This document shows positions 1 to 12,695 of a stretch of DNA of 64,000 bases, in pieces; position 1 is the stretch's first letter, and every line of letters begins with the position of its first letter. Source of the DNA: Octopus sinensis (taxonomy: Eukaryota); assembly GCF_006345805.1 (NCBI RefSeq), contig NC_043007.1:33542001-33606000 (forward strand). The letters run 5' to 3'. The translations under genes were made by a program, and so were the position numbers. The notes below the pieces were generated by a model that was given only the letters and a program-made list of their open reading frames with translations, was not told where the DNA came from and ran no database searches.

Positions 1-337
1 ATTTGAACCATGTACTCCCTATAAAAATAGGGCGGGCTTCAAACACTAGTCAGAAGTAGGACACCTGTGAAATAAGCCACATATTTTTATTTCAACTTTT
101 CGAAAATCTGTGTAAACTGTGAAACCAGTTAAATCTTTAAATATGATAAAAAAATATTTCAACTATTTTAAGTGCTTTCTCAAATTCTATTTTTCCCATA
201 TACCCGAGTGGAATAAAATAGCTTTGTTTTCTATATATATATTTATATATATATATTTATATATATATATTATATATGTCCTACTCATGCTAGCATGGAA
301 GGTGGAGCTTAAGCAATGATGATGATATGATGAATAT

Positions 338-385
<48 letters not shown>

Positions 386-444
386 TATAATATGTAGAAA
401 TGTATATATATATGTATAAATTGTATATATATAATGTATATATG

Positions 445-476
<32 letters not shown>

Positions 477-598
477 ATATTATATATGATATATATATAT
501 ATATATAGTTGAAATTTATATAAAAACACAAAGACGAAGACAGGTGTAGGAACATCAAGCAGGTATATGTAGTTTGACGCTCAGAAAAGTGTAAAAGT

Positions 599-633
599 CT
601 TTTACATTCAAGTCTACACTCTTCATCAGAAAG
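599..633 (-). ncRNA. Minimal hammerhead ribozyme motif (family H1), in a Penelope-like terminal-repeat fragment at ~505-668
   Basis: Minus strand reads CUUU-CUGAUGA-A-GAGU-GUAG-ACUU-GAA-U-GUA-AAAG: canonical core, paired stems I and II, one A missing from GAAA. Confidence 0.6.
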
Positions 634-677
634 GAATAACAGAAAATAAACAGAGAGGGAATAAAAATGTATATATC

Positions 678-791
<114 letters not shown>

Positions 792-1124
792 CACACACAC
801 ACACATAAATATATATTCATATGAGCATGTATATGTATGCATGAATATGTGTGAGTTTGTGTGTGTGTGTGTGTGCGTGTGTGTGTGTGTGTGTGTGAGT
901 GTGTGAGTGTGTGTGTGTGTGTGTGACCTTGTTTCTGTATAACTTTCCATTAACATAGCTGGGGAGTAATAAACTTTGTTTTTCTAAAACCAATATTTCC
1001 TGCTCATGAAGTTCAATGCGAAAAGACCATTGGAATTAAGTACTTCACATGAAAGCAAATAAAGGCAGCATCAAAAAGAGTCTCCAGACATAGAATATTG
1101 TCTCAATAGATCTTGTCTAATGCA

Positions 1125-1189
1125 TCAACATCACCCTCACCACCATCATCATCGTCATCGTCGTCATCGTCATCATCATCATCATCATC

Positions 1190-1225
<36 letters not shown>

Positions 1226-1445
1226 TCAATCACCACCGTCCACCACCACCACACCACCACCACCATCACCATCACCATCACCATCATCATCATCATCATC
1301 ACCACCACCACCACCACCACAACCACCACCACCACCATCACCATCATCATCATCATCATCGTCGTCGTCGTCGTCGTCATCATCATCATCACATCATCAC
1401 CATCATCATCACTGACATTGCCACCATTGCTACCGTTGTCATCAT
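1125..1445. repeat. (CAT)n/(CAC)n/(CGT)n compound microsatellite; expanded tail of a minus-strand RTE 3' end
   Basis: Visible triplet repeats, followed by 'tccactttctttgctggcatgg', a degenerate reverse complement of the RTE terminus. Confidence 0.9.
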
Positions 1446-1789
1446 TTTATATCCACTTTCTTTGCTGGCATGGCCTAGGCAAACTCATTACACTTCAAGT
1501 CAGTTGTTTTCAGAATCAACTAATTTTTTCAGCTCACCTTGAGTCTTGTATAGCAATTTAGGCACCTCTTCACCATTGTCTCTTGCAGCTCCTGTTGTTA
1601 ATTTTCTCTTTCTTTCCTCTTTCCATACTAGGTGTGAGTATCAATGCAGATCCTCTACAAGAAACTGCAATGCCCACCCCTTAGGGTTTAATCCCTAGTA
1701 TGAAACTGCTCCCTTCCTTAAATACCACTAGAGCATGTAGTTCTGCAAGCTGCATAATGAATTCCCTGGTGCAAGTGGCATGATAAATG

Positions 1790-1911
1790 CATCAAGTCTG
1801 TAAAGTGGTTTGCATGAAGAAGGGCGTCCAGCCATGGAAACCATGCCAGAGAAGACAAGGGAGCACAATGCAGTTCTTGGACACATTTGACCAGGGACAT
1901 TAAATGATGAC

Positions 1912-1971
<60 letters not shown>

Positions 1972-2080
1972 GGTGGTGGTGGTGGTGGTAGTGTGGTGGT
2001 AGTGGTGGTGGTAGTGGTGGTGGTGATGATGATGATGATGATGATGATGATTGTGGTGATGATGATGATTGTGTTGTTGT

Positions 2081-2112
<32 letters not shown>

Positions 2113-2118
2113 ATGATG

Positions 2119-2150
<32 letters not shown>

Positions 2151-2173
2151 GATTGTGTTGTTGTTGTTGTTGA

Positions 2174-2207
<34 letters not shown>

Positions 2208-2257
2208 GGTGGTGGTGATGATGATTGTGTTGTTGTTGATGATGATGATGATGATGA
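1790..2257 (+). mobile_element. RTE LINE 3'-end fragment with expanded (GAT)n/(GGT)n tail
   Basis: 'gtggtttgcatgaagaagggcgtccagcc...ggacattaaatgatgac' matches the terminus at 44260-44412; triplet tail from 1904. Confidence 0.75.
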
Positions 2258-2681
2258 CTCCGAGACAGGTCAGAGGACTATATTTCACTTGTTTATCTTA
2301 TTTTGGCATAGCTTACCCGACCAGATGCCCTTTCTACACACACCAACCACTTTTTAATGTGTACTGGTCTAGTGTGGAACCCACACTAGAAAGATCTTCA
2401 TGACTCGAACAAGACAAGAGTAAAGAGTTTTCTTTGACCCTACATTATCTCTGTTCATTAACCAACCATTTTACGGAATGCATTCATTTGTGGCACCAGT
2501 TTGAATGTTACTGCATTGTACTTAACAAGCCGAAAGGTGTGGGGGGAGTGTCTTCATTTCTTTCTTCAATGCTGTCTCCAATTATTTGAAGCAATCTGAC
2601 CAACAGAGTGCTAGCAGAGAGGAGGGATGTTTGCAGAAGATGAACTAGGGTGAAAAGATAAAACATACACACACACACACA

Positions 2682-2734
<53 letters not shown>

Positions 2735-3203
2735 ACATACACACAAGAAAAAATATGATAGGGGAGACAGATTCACTGGGCTGACAAGAGAGGTTGAAAC
2801 AGTACAGACAGTACAAGGTGGAGTAATGGAAGAGAGACAGTAATGAGAGGGTATAATGGGAGAGACCATAAGAACAGTAAGTTATGAGAGAGAGAGAGAG
2901 AGAAAGAGAGAAAGAGAAAGAAAGAGAGAGAGAGAGAGATGGATAACCAGCGGTAAAAGATTGTGGACATCAGTAATCAATGACATGGGAAAGAGGAAGT
3001 GGTGCCCAGCAGTTTATGAATATAATCCTTTTTAGCTATAGACACAAGGCCCACAGTTGTACTGGAGGGAGCTAGTTGATTACATAAATCCTGGTGCTTG
3101 ACTGGTACTTATTTCATCGACCCCAAATGGAGGAACCACAAAGTTAACCTTAGCAGCATTTGAACTCAAAATGGAAGAAGTGTTGCTAAGCATTTTGTCC
3201 AAT

Positions 3204-3816
3204 GTCAAACAACTGACAAGTAAATCTGTGGTATTGAGCAGAATATTTGCTTTAGCCCATCTTTTATACCAAGACAAAACAATGTACATGATAACACTTC
3301 CAATCAGTTAAGATCAGAAGCCATGAGAGCCACTGCCTGGTACTGCATCTTATTATTATTTTTGAGTGATAGAGCAGTGCATGCCATCAAAGTGACACTG
3401 GGGTACAAGCATACGAAGCCCAATATACCTATCATGACTACCTGTCTGATAGGGGTACACCAAGCACATGCATCACAATCATATGTGTGTGACATGGTGA
3501 TCTCATATCAAGATAAACAGTGCATAACCTTGCAGGTGGGGACCAGTTAGAATTTTCTTCAGGTCAAGTAGCCTATCTCGCTCAAAAGGTCCCTGAATAA
3601 AGGTTGTTTAAGGATGATGGACAAAACACCCTTATTCTCAGAGGTGAATTATTCAAACCCCAAAGAATTCCTCTAAATACATGGCTATGATGCTCACCCC
3701 GCTATTTCTGCTCATGATCAGAGATGCCCATATTGTCAGCCACTAAGGGACATGCTCAACTGGTTACGGTCAAAAAAGTAACAAACAAATCTGTGGTACC
3801 GTGCAGAGTATTTGCT
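3204..3816. repeat. Unclassified interspersed repeat bounded by ~48-bp imperfect direct repeats
   Basis: gtcaaacaactgacaagtaaatctgtggtattgagcagaatatttgct (3204-3251) recurs as gtcaaaaaagtaacaaacaaatctgtggtaccgtgcagagtatttgct (3769-3816). Confidence 0.55.
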
Positions 3817-3828
3817 ATTATCATAATT

Positions 3829-4265
3829 ACCTTGTGGCATGCAATGATTCAATATGACCATGGAATTAGACATCAGAAATTTGACATTATTGAGGTGAGC
3901 GGAAAAGAAAAACAAATATGCCTGATAATCAAGATTGCATGTTCTGATGACAACAGGATTGAAGAGAATGCAGAAAGAAAGGTGAAGAACTATGATGAAC
4001 TGAAGTGGGAAATACGCAGGTGGTGGGCAATTAGGAGAGTGGACATAATAAGAATAGCGATTGGTTCACTTGGCAAAATAACTCTCACATACCAGTGTGG
4101 TTCGAAAAGATTGGTACAAATGTAAAGATAGAACACCTACAAAAATCATCATTGCTTGGAACTGTAAGAATTCTCAGCAGGATTCTTGAAGCATGATCAG
4201 TAAATAAGTATCACCTTTAGTCTGCTGGCTGTGGGCAGCTGACACTTTCCATCATACCCAGCAAA
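3829..4265 (+). pseudogene. R4/Dong-clade non-LTR retrotransposon 3' fragment (restriction-like endonuclease domain)
   Basis: TLWHAMIQYDHGIRHQKFDIIEV...CLIIKIACSDDNRIEENAERKVKNYDELKWEIRRWW...IAIGSLG, then a frameshift and EHLQKSSLLGTVRILSRILEA*. Matches the R4/Dong pattern LWD..IQTD....RPDI...IIDVA.P.D.R...KE.EK..KY..LK.EI.RLW...V.IGALG...LQK..LLGT..ILR; catalytic residues are decayed. Confidence 0.8.
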
Positions 4266-4981
4266 ATATCTATATCACCCTATGCTGACAAATGTTATAA
4301 TTAATGAATTAATCATGCTAACATTGATGTTAACATAATTAACAGTGTTATTACAGCATCAGGAAGAATGCCTTGTGATATTGATTCCAATGATCTATGT
4401 TCTAGATCCCAAGCTCAAATTCCACTACTGTCAGCATTACCTTTCATCCTTTTGGGGGTTAATAAAAAAACAGGCCACTCTGTTGCAAGCATTCAGACAA
4501 GATTTTTTTTGTTTTATGTTCCTCTCTCTAATCCCTCTCTGTGACCCTATGAGCATCATGGGTACTGTACTTCCAGTTAACAGTAAAAAAAAAAAAAAAT
4601 AATAATAATAATAATAATAATGTCTCAGAAGTATTTCATTTCTGAACAGTTTTATTTATCTATACCAATTAATGAATGATCTTGCATAACTACTTTGTAG
4701 TTCCTTTCATAAATTCTTCATCAACACTAATGAAAACTTTGCTTCATTAAGGAGAAAATTATAAGATTGAAACATGTTAGAAATTGTCTTCCATAATTAG
4801 AAGAAAATGAATTAGTCATTGACTTATATGTGTTTTTTTTATCACAACATCATCATCATCGTTTAGCGTCTGCTTTCCATGCTAGCGTGGGTTGGACAAC
4901 ATATTTATCTTTAGTTAGCATGTGTGTGTGCATGCATATATATGCACACATCTGTATGTATGTATGTATGTATGTATATAT

Positions 4982-5039
<58 letters not shown>

Positions 5040-5043
<4 letters not shown>

Positions 5044-5232
5044 AAGGGAAAGTTTATGAAAATAAACAAAAAACAAAGGCAGGTGGTGTACAAAACAAAC
5101 AGATGTATTAGTATAGCGCTCAGGAATAGAAAAGTTTTTACATTTCAAGCCTACGCTCTTCTACAGAAGGTACACAGAAAAAAACAAGGAGAGAAACAAG
5201 GAGAGAAAAAATGTGTGTAGTGGCTAAGAGAG
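5040..5232 (-). mobile_element. H1-family hammerhead cassette (Penelope-like terminal-repeat fragment); motif at 5134-5170
   Basis: Homologous to 25339-25560 and 52432-52650. Minus strand CUGUAGA-A-GAGC-GUAG-GCUU-GAAA-U-GUA; abuts (TA)n. Confidence 0.65.
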
Positions 5233-5244
5233 GTAAATAAATAA

Positions 5245-5290
<46 letters not shown>

Positions 5291-5427
5291 GGATAGATAG
5301 ATGGATAGATAGGTAGATATACAGCTAGATAAATAGATAGATAGATAGACTGATGGATAGATAGATAGATAGATAGACAGATGGATAGATAGATTGATAG
5401 ACAGATAAAAAGATAGATAGATAGATT

Positions 5428-5494
<67 letters not shown>
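5245..5494. repeat. (GATA)n microsatellite
   Basis: Visible tetranucleotide repeat. Confidence 0.95.
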
Positions 5495-6112
5495 GTATTC
5501 TATGCATTAAATATGTAAGTACTAACTTTATTTCATATCATACTTTGGCTCTCTATGACAGCTCATCTCACACAAGCAGACTGCTGCACCTCTTCTAAAT
5601 GCATATGTATCTTATTTATGTACTATGTCAAATCACAGTTTTTCTTCAAATCAGTAAAGACATTTCAGAAACTCATAGCTTAATTAATATTGTTCAGATA
5701 TTTCACTCTGAAGTGAATAAAAACTTGAAAAAAAAACCCAAAAAAACTGTTCATCTTATCATTGAAACATTTATCAAATAATATTTAAGTCACAAACGTT
5801 GATCAGTAATTTTTTTTTTCTTTTGAAGCCGAGGGTGACTTTTACACATTAAATTTCTGATTATTTTTTAAACTGGAGATGATTTTTCATTAGCTAATAT
5901 GAGATTTTCTTTTCTTTTCTTTTCTTTTTTTTAATTTTTCATACACTTGGTGACTTTTAAGCATAAAATTATTTTTCATCTGTTGATATTTAATAACCTT
6001 TGGGTTTTTCAAACTGTAGCTAACTTGTAGATATGACGATATGAAACTTTTGAAAAAGAAAATATGCGAGTCTTTTGCACATGATAATACAAGAAATAGT
6101 TTGTGAAACCCT

Positions 6113-6337
6113 GTTAATAATTTGTTACCATATTTCTCTTGAAATACACAATCTATGTTTCAATTAATTTTGCAAGCAATAAAGAATTTAGTAAAATTAC
6201 TTCATCATTAAGGAATTGTTTAGAATATGAACATGAAATCTTGACAGAAGCTTTTAAATGTTGATGATTTCAAAGCAAAAAATTTTGTATGAGAGAACCA
6301 AGGACTGTCACAGCTGGGTTGGCATCGAAAGGGTTAA
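6113..6337. mobile_element. Degenerate piggyBac-like MITE
   Basis: Right end 'cgaaagggttaa' (TTAA-CCC type); left end decayed ('gttaataatttgttaccatatttc'). Confidence 0.4.
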
Positions 6338-6558
6338 AGACTCATTTTTCAGTTTCCCTAGGGTCACATTCCAAGAATGCATTGTGAGTAAGAGGCACCA
6401 ACTGCTAGTAGTAGATTTAAGCCATTACTCAGTTAAATACCATCACTAGGCATTTGGATGTCTTCAGCAAAATTTACTTTGTTTCTGGGCTCAGGTTATT
6501 TCCACACAGGTGCTCCTGTCCTATTTGTCTCTCCTTCTTTCATTACCATTGCCATGTC

Positions 6559-6781
6559 TAACCCTTTAACATCTAGATTACTCTGTAAAACTGCTTATTC
6601 ATTGACACTATCTTGAATTAACTGTGCATTGCCTTGTAGCTTTACGATTTCAATGAGGTGATTGTTTACTTTCAGAACAACATTATAAGGTTGGTATAAG
6701 AGGCCAGATCTGACCAGTTTTAACATAAAACAAATAGAATATTTGAGCTGGATATGGTCAGTTTAAATGCTAAAAAGTTGA
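6559..6781. mobile_element. piggyBac-like MITE (TTAA-CCCTTTAGCAT type ends)
   Basis: Ends 'taaccctttaacat' and 'atgctaaaaagttga'; body homologous to 56138-56340 and, reversed, to 31961-32050. Confidence 0.55.
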
Positions 6782-7149
6782 AGGTCTCCTTACTAATCAC
6801 TATGTTCAGTTTTAATTTCCCAGAAAACTGGGCCTTCGGAAATCCTTCCATTTTCATAATGTTTTCCTGCAGTTATTAAGAGACAAAGGTTCAAACAGAA
6901 CATTAATTGCATCAGTTTCATAAGCTGAAGAGATTCTCCTAAGGCCAAGGGTATTGTACTTTCCTCCAAACCCAGCAAATTCAAAGAAAAAATAAATAGG
7001 TCTTCGGTTTGAGAACAACCATATCTCTTGTTCTATGCCAGTTTATCTCTGGCTTATTTTGACTTAGGACAGTTACAAGGCTCATGACACATAAGGTTTA
7101 CAAGGTGTATAAATGATTCAGTTTACAAACACTCCCAATTGAATGGGAG

Positions 7150-7330
7150 ATAGGTCCATCATTGGGTTAACTTTCTAACCATTACTGGAACTCATTTACA
7201 GCTGAGAAGACTGGGACAAAGTGAAATGAAGTGTTTTGCTCAAGAGGACAATGCACTGCCCAGTCTAGGAATTGAAATCATGATCATATGATCATGAGCA
7301 TAACACTTTAACCACTATGCCACACATCTT
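7150..7330 (-). mobile_element. tRNA-derived SINE family E, degenerate
   Basis: 'cagctgagaagactggg...gaaatgaagtgttttgctcaaga...taaccactatgcc' shared with 40440-40675 and 54980-55208. Confidence 0.65.
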
Positions 7331-7679
7331 GAATCACTTTTGAGAACTCCTGACCTAGAGTGTAGGAATTTTGTGGAAAATACGAGGTATTCCGTCAAGA
7401 AAGTTTCATAGGTAACTTTTTGTGGGGTGTTTTTTCATGTAGAATTGTAATTATTTGATTTTGGTATAAACTACACTAATTTCCAAATTCAAAAATCAAA
7501 ATTAAATTAAAAAGATTTACCTGTAAATCCAATAAATCATTTGACTTTTGGTAAGTTTAGTTTCCTGTTAAATAATTCCATTTCTGAAGCAGAAAAAAAA
7601 AAATGAAATAAAATTACTAATTAATTATAATTTCAATAAATTTGTTTCTGGAAAAGGAGAAAATAGATAAAAATAAAAG

Positions 7680-8131
7680 TTTCTTTCAATTTCCATCTAC
7701 CAAATCCACCCCCAAGGCTTTGGTTGACCCAAGGCTATAGTAGAAAACGCTTGCCCAAGGTGTCATGCAGTGGGACTGAACATGGAGCCGTGTGGATGGG
7801 AAGCAAGCTTCTTACCACACAGCCATGCCTGCACCTATTTCATATTATTTTTGTCTTTTATTTTTTTACTTGTTTCAATCTCTGGACTGTGGCCGTGCTA
7901 CTGCACTGTATTGAAGAGTTTAATCAAACAAATTGTCTCCCATACTTGTTTTTAAGTTTGACAGTTTGGTTCTTATTTTATCAGTCTCATTTGCTGAACT
8001 GCTAGATTATAAGGATATAAACAAAACAACAACGGTTGTCAAACAGTCTGTGTGTGTGTGTGTGTGTAAACACAAAATAAACATACATATATTTATATAT
8101 ACGCACATACATAAATACACACACACATACA

Positions 8132-8162
<31 letters not shown>

Positions 8163-8360
8163 CATACATACATACATACAAACATGCATACATATCTGAC
8201 AAATCCACAGTTCCCATCAACCAAATTCACTCACGAAACATTGTTTGACCCAGGGCTATAGTAGAAGACACTTGCCCAAAATGCTGTGCAGTGGGACTGA
8301 AACTAACGCCATGTGCGATTACAAGGAGACCTTTTTAACCTCACAGCCACCCCTGTGCTT
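7680..8360 (-). mobile_element. Two adjacent degenerate SINE family A copies
   Basis: Two occurrences of 'ggctatagtagaa..cacttgcccaa..tg...gcagtgggactgaa', plus the tail 'ttttacttgtttca'. Confidence 0.75.
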
Positions 8361-8391
8361 GTATAGTTAAAATCTTGTTACATCATGAATG

Positions 8392-8710
8392 CACCCAGCT
8401 TAGTGGTTAAGGTGTTCAGCTCATGATTGTAAGGCCATGAGTTCAATTGCTGGTGACATGTTGTGTACTTGAGCAAGACACTTTATTTCGCGCTGATCCA
8501 GTCTACTCAGTTGGCAAAAATGAGTAGTACCTGTAATTCAATGGGCCATCTTTATCTCACTCGGTGTCACACTGAATCTCCCTGGGAACTACATTAAGGG
8601 TACACACGTCTGTGGGGTACTAAGCCACTTCCATGTTAATTACATCAGCAAGCTGTTCTGTTGATCAAACCAACTGGAACCCTTGTGATCGTAATCGATG
8701 GAGTGCCATG
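8392..8710 (+). mobile_element. tRNA-derived SINE (family E head, different 3' part)
   Basis: A-box-like 'tagtggttaag', B-box-like 'gagttcaattg', then 'cttgagcaagacacttt...ccagtctactcagttggcaaaaatgagta'. Confidence 0.65.
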
Positions 8711-8760
8711 ACTCCCCATTAGAAATAAAGGTTTTTGGTTCAAATTCCTGTTGGTATGAA

Positions 8761-9100
8761 TTACGGATTCCATGGACAGCAAGGCTCACCAATGGAAAAG
8801 TTCTTAAGCAGATCAGGCCGAAAATGTCACTAGAAGCTAGGATCACCAAGCATAGATTGGCATATTTTGGTCATATTATGCGGAGAAAATCCTGGAGAAG
8901 GACATCATGCTCGGAATAGTCAGTGGCAAGAGAGGAAGAGGCCGACCAAGAACCCGCTGGCTTGACACCATCAAGAGGGATACCGGAATGGACATAGCCA
9001 ATCTGAAAGAAGCGGCCCAGGATAGAACTGACTGGAGGACACTGATCCATGGAGTAACCGAGAGTCGACTTCGACTGAGCGGATAGATAAATAGATAGAT
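8761..9100 (+). pseudogene. BovB-like RTE LINE 3' end (C-terminus of the RT ORF plus (GATA)n tail)
   Basis: LRIPWTARLTNGKVLKQIRPKMSLEARITKHRLAYFGHIMRR / frameshift / LEKDIMLGIVSGKRGRGRPRTRWLDTIKRDTGMDIANLKEAAQDRTDWRTLIHGVTESRLRLSG*. Colinear with the BovB C-terminus LRVPWTARR...YFGHLMRR..SLEKTLMLG...RRRGRQRMRWLD...DREAWRAAVHGVAKSRTRLSD*. Confidence 0.9.
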
Positions 9101-10209
9101 GAATTAGTCAGATAAAGATAGTAAGAAATACATATGAATGAAATGAAAAAAGGGTTGGGAATTGGGCAATAAAGTGGAATAGATATTGTATAAATGTAAT
9201 ACTGTATAAATGTCAATATATATACTCCAAAGACAAATTTAATAGTTTGAACCAATCTTAGGACTTCAATAAAAATAACAATGCAAATGATTCAGGCGAT
9301 TAAAAACAAAACAACAACCGATGTTTTATGACTGAAAAATGTTATTTATCATGCGAGTAGATCTCGGTCATAGCCATGACAACAAGGCCCAAATTTTATG
9401 TCATTGCTTCACTTAATAGTCATACTACTAGTGGAATCACCATAAATACAACTAGCACCAATATGCTCACACTCACACAGACACATAAAGTATTTAAGCA
9501 GAGTAATGACAAGCTACGATGACATTACTGATTACAGTAACGTTATAGATCTCTCCATCCCGCATCTATCCACTCTTCATTCCGCATCTATCCACACCCA
9601 CTAACAAAAGAAATTGAGGAGATAATTGGCAATCAGATAATGAAAGTAGGGATGTGATTTAAATAATAGGAATGAAAAAAAAAAAATATGAGGTTCTGTT
9701 GGTTTTGATGTTGTTATTGTTGACAGAAGTGCTGTTTATTTTGAAAGTATCTAAAAAATTATTCACACTTATTGAAAGAGCACATGTGACTTAATTGAGT
9801 GTTTGTGTGTGCATGCATGTAAAAGAGAGAGTGTGTGATTATGTGTATGTATGTGTGTGTATGTGTGATTTGAAAACATTCCAGAAAATGAGCAATAGTC
9901 ATCATTTGTAATGTATTTACATCAGGAAAAATTTGTAAGGCAGTGCACTAGTAGAATTGGTAGCGCCGGACACATATTAGGGTTGATGCAATCAATGTCC
10001 CCTTCCCCTCAAAATTTCAGGCCTTATGCTCCAAAAAGGAGCAGAAAAGGGCTATTAAGGTTGCCAGCTGGCAGAATCATTACCACACCAGGCAAAATAC
10101 TTAGCAGCATTTTGTCCTTTGCATTCAGGGTTCAAATTCCACCAAGGCTGACTTTACCTTTGTCCTTTCAGGGTCAACAAAAAAAGTATGAGATGAGCAC
10201 TGGGAATAA

Positions 10210-10505
10210 TCATCATCATCATCATCGTCGTCGTTTAATGTCCGCTTTCCATGCTAGCATGGGTTGGACGATTTTGACTGGCGAACCAGATGGTTACACC
10301 AGTCTCCAATCTTGATTTGGCAGAGTTTCTACAGCTGGAAGCCCTTCCTAACGCCAACCACTCTGAGAGTGTAGTGGGTGCTTTTTACATGCTTTTTTTA
10401 CAGAGGGTGCATTTTACTGGCACGGGGGGCCAGTCAGGCAGTACTGGCAACGACCTCGCTTGAATCCTTTTACACATGCCACCAACACAAGTGCCAGTAA
10501 GGCGA
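10210..10505 (-). mobile_element. RTE LINE 3' UTR fragment
   Basis: (CAT)n + 'gtttaatgtccgctttccatgctagcatgggttggacg...gcccttcctaacgccaaccact'. Confidence 0.85.
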
Positions 10506-10944
10506 CAGCTGACTAACTCCTCACTGCCATAAAATTTTAGGCTTTGTGCCTATAATAGGAAGGATTAGAATGTTCTATTTATATTTTTCCATTTGACTTT
10601 TAATAGGTGCAGCAATAGCTGTGTAGTCGGGAAGTTTGATTTGCAAACATATGGCTTCAGTTTCAGTTTTGTTGCCCAATACACACGCTCACACACACAC
10701 TGCACACGCATGTACGCAAACACACACACACACACACACACATACACACACATCATCAGTAAATTATAAATCCGAAAGAGAAACACACATTAAGTTATAG
10801 AGCAGCAGAGTAATTAGATACAAACAGCTATGGCTGGTTGATGGAGTTACTCTGGGTTTCATGTCAAAAAAGTGCTTCACTTTGCAATGTTTCTTCAAAC
10901 CTTAATGGCTGTTGGCCTATATATATATATATATATATATATAT

Positions 10945-11328
10945 TCTCTTTTTTTCTCTTTTACTTGTTTCAGTCATTTGACTGCAGCCATGCTAGAGCA
11001 CCGCCTTATTCTTTTGTAAGCCCAATACCTATTTTATCGGTCTATTTTGCCGAACCACTAAGTAACGGGGACATAAACACACCAGCATCGGTTGTCAAGC
11101 AATGCTAGGGGGACAAACACAGACACACAAACACATACACACACATATATATATGTATACATATATACGACAGGCTTCTTTCAGTTTCCGTCTACCAAAT
11201 CCACTCACAAGGCTTTGGTCGGCCCGAGGCTATAGTAGAGGACACTTACCCAAGGTGCCACGCAGTGGGACTGAACCCGGAACCATGTGGTTAGTAAACA
11301 AGCTACTTACCACACAGCCACTCCTGCG

Positions 11329-11330
<2 letters not shown>
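10945..11330 (-). mobile_element. SINE family A, near full length
   Basis: Reverse complement of the head ggcgcaggagtggctgtgtggtaag...ccgggttcagtccc, internal TA/TG tract and 3' tail. Confidence 0.9.
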
Positions 11331-11344
<14 letters not shown>

Positions 11345-11364
<20 letters not shown>

Positions 11365-12630
11365 GTATATGATTGAGTATTATCTGGTAATTGATATTTG
11401 ATTTCGATGTATTTCTCCATTTTCTTATTTTGTATTATGAATTTGTGGCAAAACATTTTACCTTTGCCCATATAATACAATAAATTAATTAATTGTATCG
11501 CAATTCTTAACATTTATGTATTAACTTTGTTGGGTACCTCACTAGCAGTATATTGGATATATGGTATCCCATGGTGGGTTGCATTTACAAGCCCTATCTC
11601 AATTTGTATATATATATATATAACTACACTCTCGGAGTGGTTGGCGTTAGGAAGGGCATCCAGCTGTAGAAACACTGCCAGATCTGACTGGCCTGGTGCA
11701 GCCTTCGGGCTTGCCAGACCCCAGTTGAACCGTCCAACCCATGCTAGCATGGAAAGCGGACGTTAAACGATGATGATGATATATTTATACTTATGTTTGA
11801 GTATATTTGCCTCTACAAATTTTAATTAACTCATCATGCAAGACGATCAAAATGCAGGCATTAAAATGATGATGTTGATGAAGATTATTATGATGTTAAT
11901 GATAATCATGATAATGATGGAGATAGTAGTAGCGATGATGTTGGTGATGATGATGATGATGAAGTGAATAACGGGTTTTTCAGAAAAGATGATTTGATTT
12001 AAGGTCTGTGGATTATGGTCAACTTGGAACTAAACAACAACTACTGAAAATGGTAAAAGCATATGATAGCACTGGACTAAACGCATACCAGGAATTCAGC
12101 TGAGCACCATGTTATAAGGCACATGACTTACAAGGATTGTTGATCACTTTGCAATAATTAAATAGTTAACACCAGGTCTCAGCCCTGGTGTTAAATGAAC
12201 CAAATATCAAGGATATTCAAATAGTGACCACTTAATGATTTTTCCTTGAGTATTTATATTATTTAGTATTACAGTATCTAATATGTGCACCTCCTTCCGA
12301 CCTCCACCTCATCACTTTCCAAGACAGTAAAGTGTGGATTGAGGGAGATTTGGCTGTTGTTTCTAGTAGGCCAAGAGACTCCGACAAAGACCCTCTCATT
12401 GATTCAGTATAAAACAAGGTTGTTGCAACCACCACCACCACCACCACTACCACTATCACTACCACTACTACTACATTTCTGATTAGCAGCTGTAATTAGT
12501 ATTATAAACATGATAACCCTAATTAGTAGCTGTCTGAAAAGGTCATGAAAATATTGCCTTCCTATTTGGGCATAGTTTTTATACAGATATGATAATAATA
12601 ATAATAATAATAATAATAATAGCAATAATA

Positions 12631-12695
<65 letters not shown>

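Noticed and set aside
1538-1628. Possible minus-strand exon (WKEERKRKLTTGAARDNGEEVPKLLYKTQ) with AG acceptor and GTGAGC donor
   Set aside because: Short, no recognisable homology and no supported partner exons; needs RNA-seq.
2508-2646. Possible minus-strand exon after a pyrimidine-rich acceptor (ttttatcttttcaccctag)
   Set aside because: Open frame is unrecognisable and ends in a stop; cannot be distinguished from chance.
3300-3350. U2 snRNA-like words (atcagttaa, cctggtactgca)
   Set aside because: Only short word matches; no U2 5' end, branch-pairing region or Sm site.
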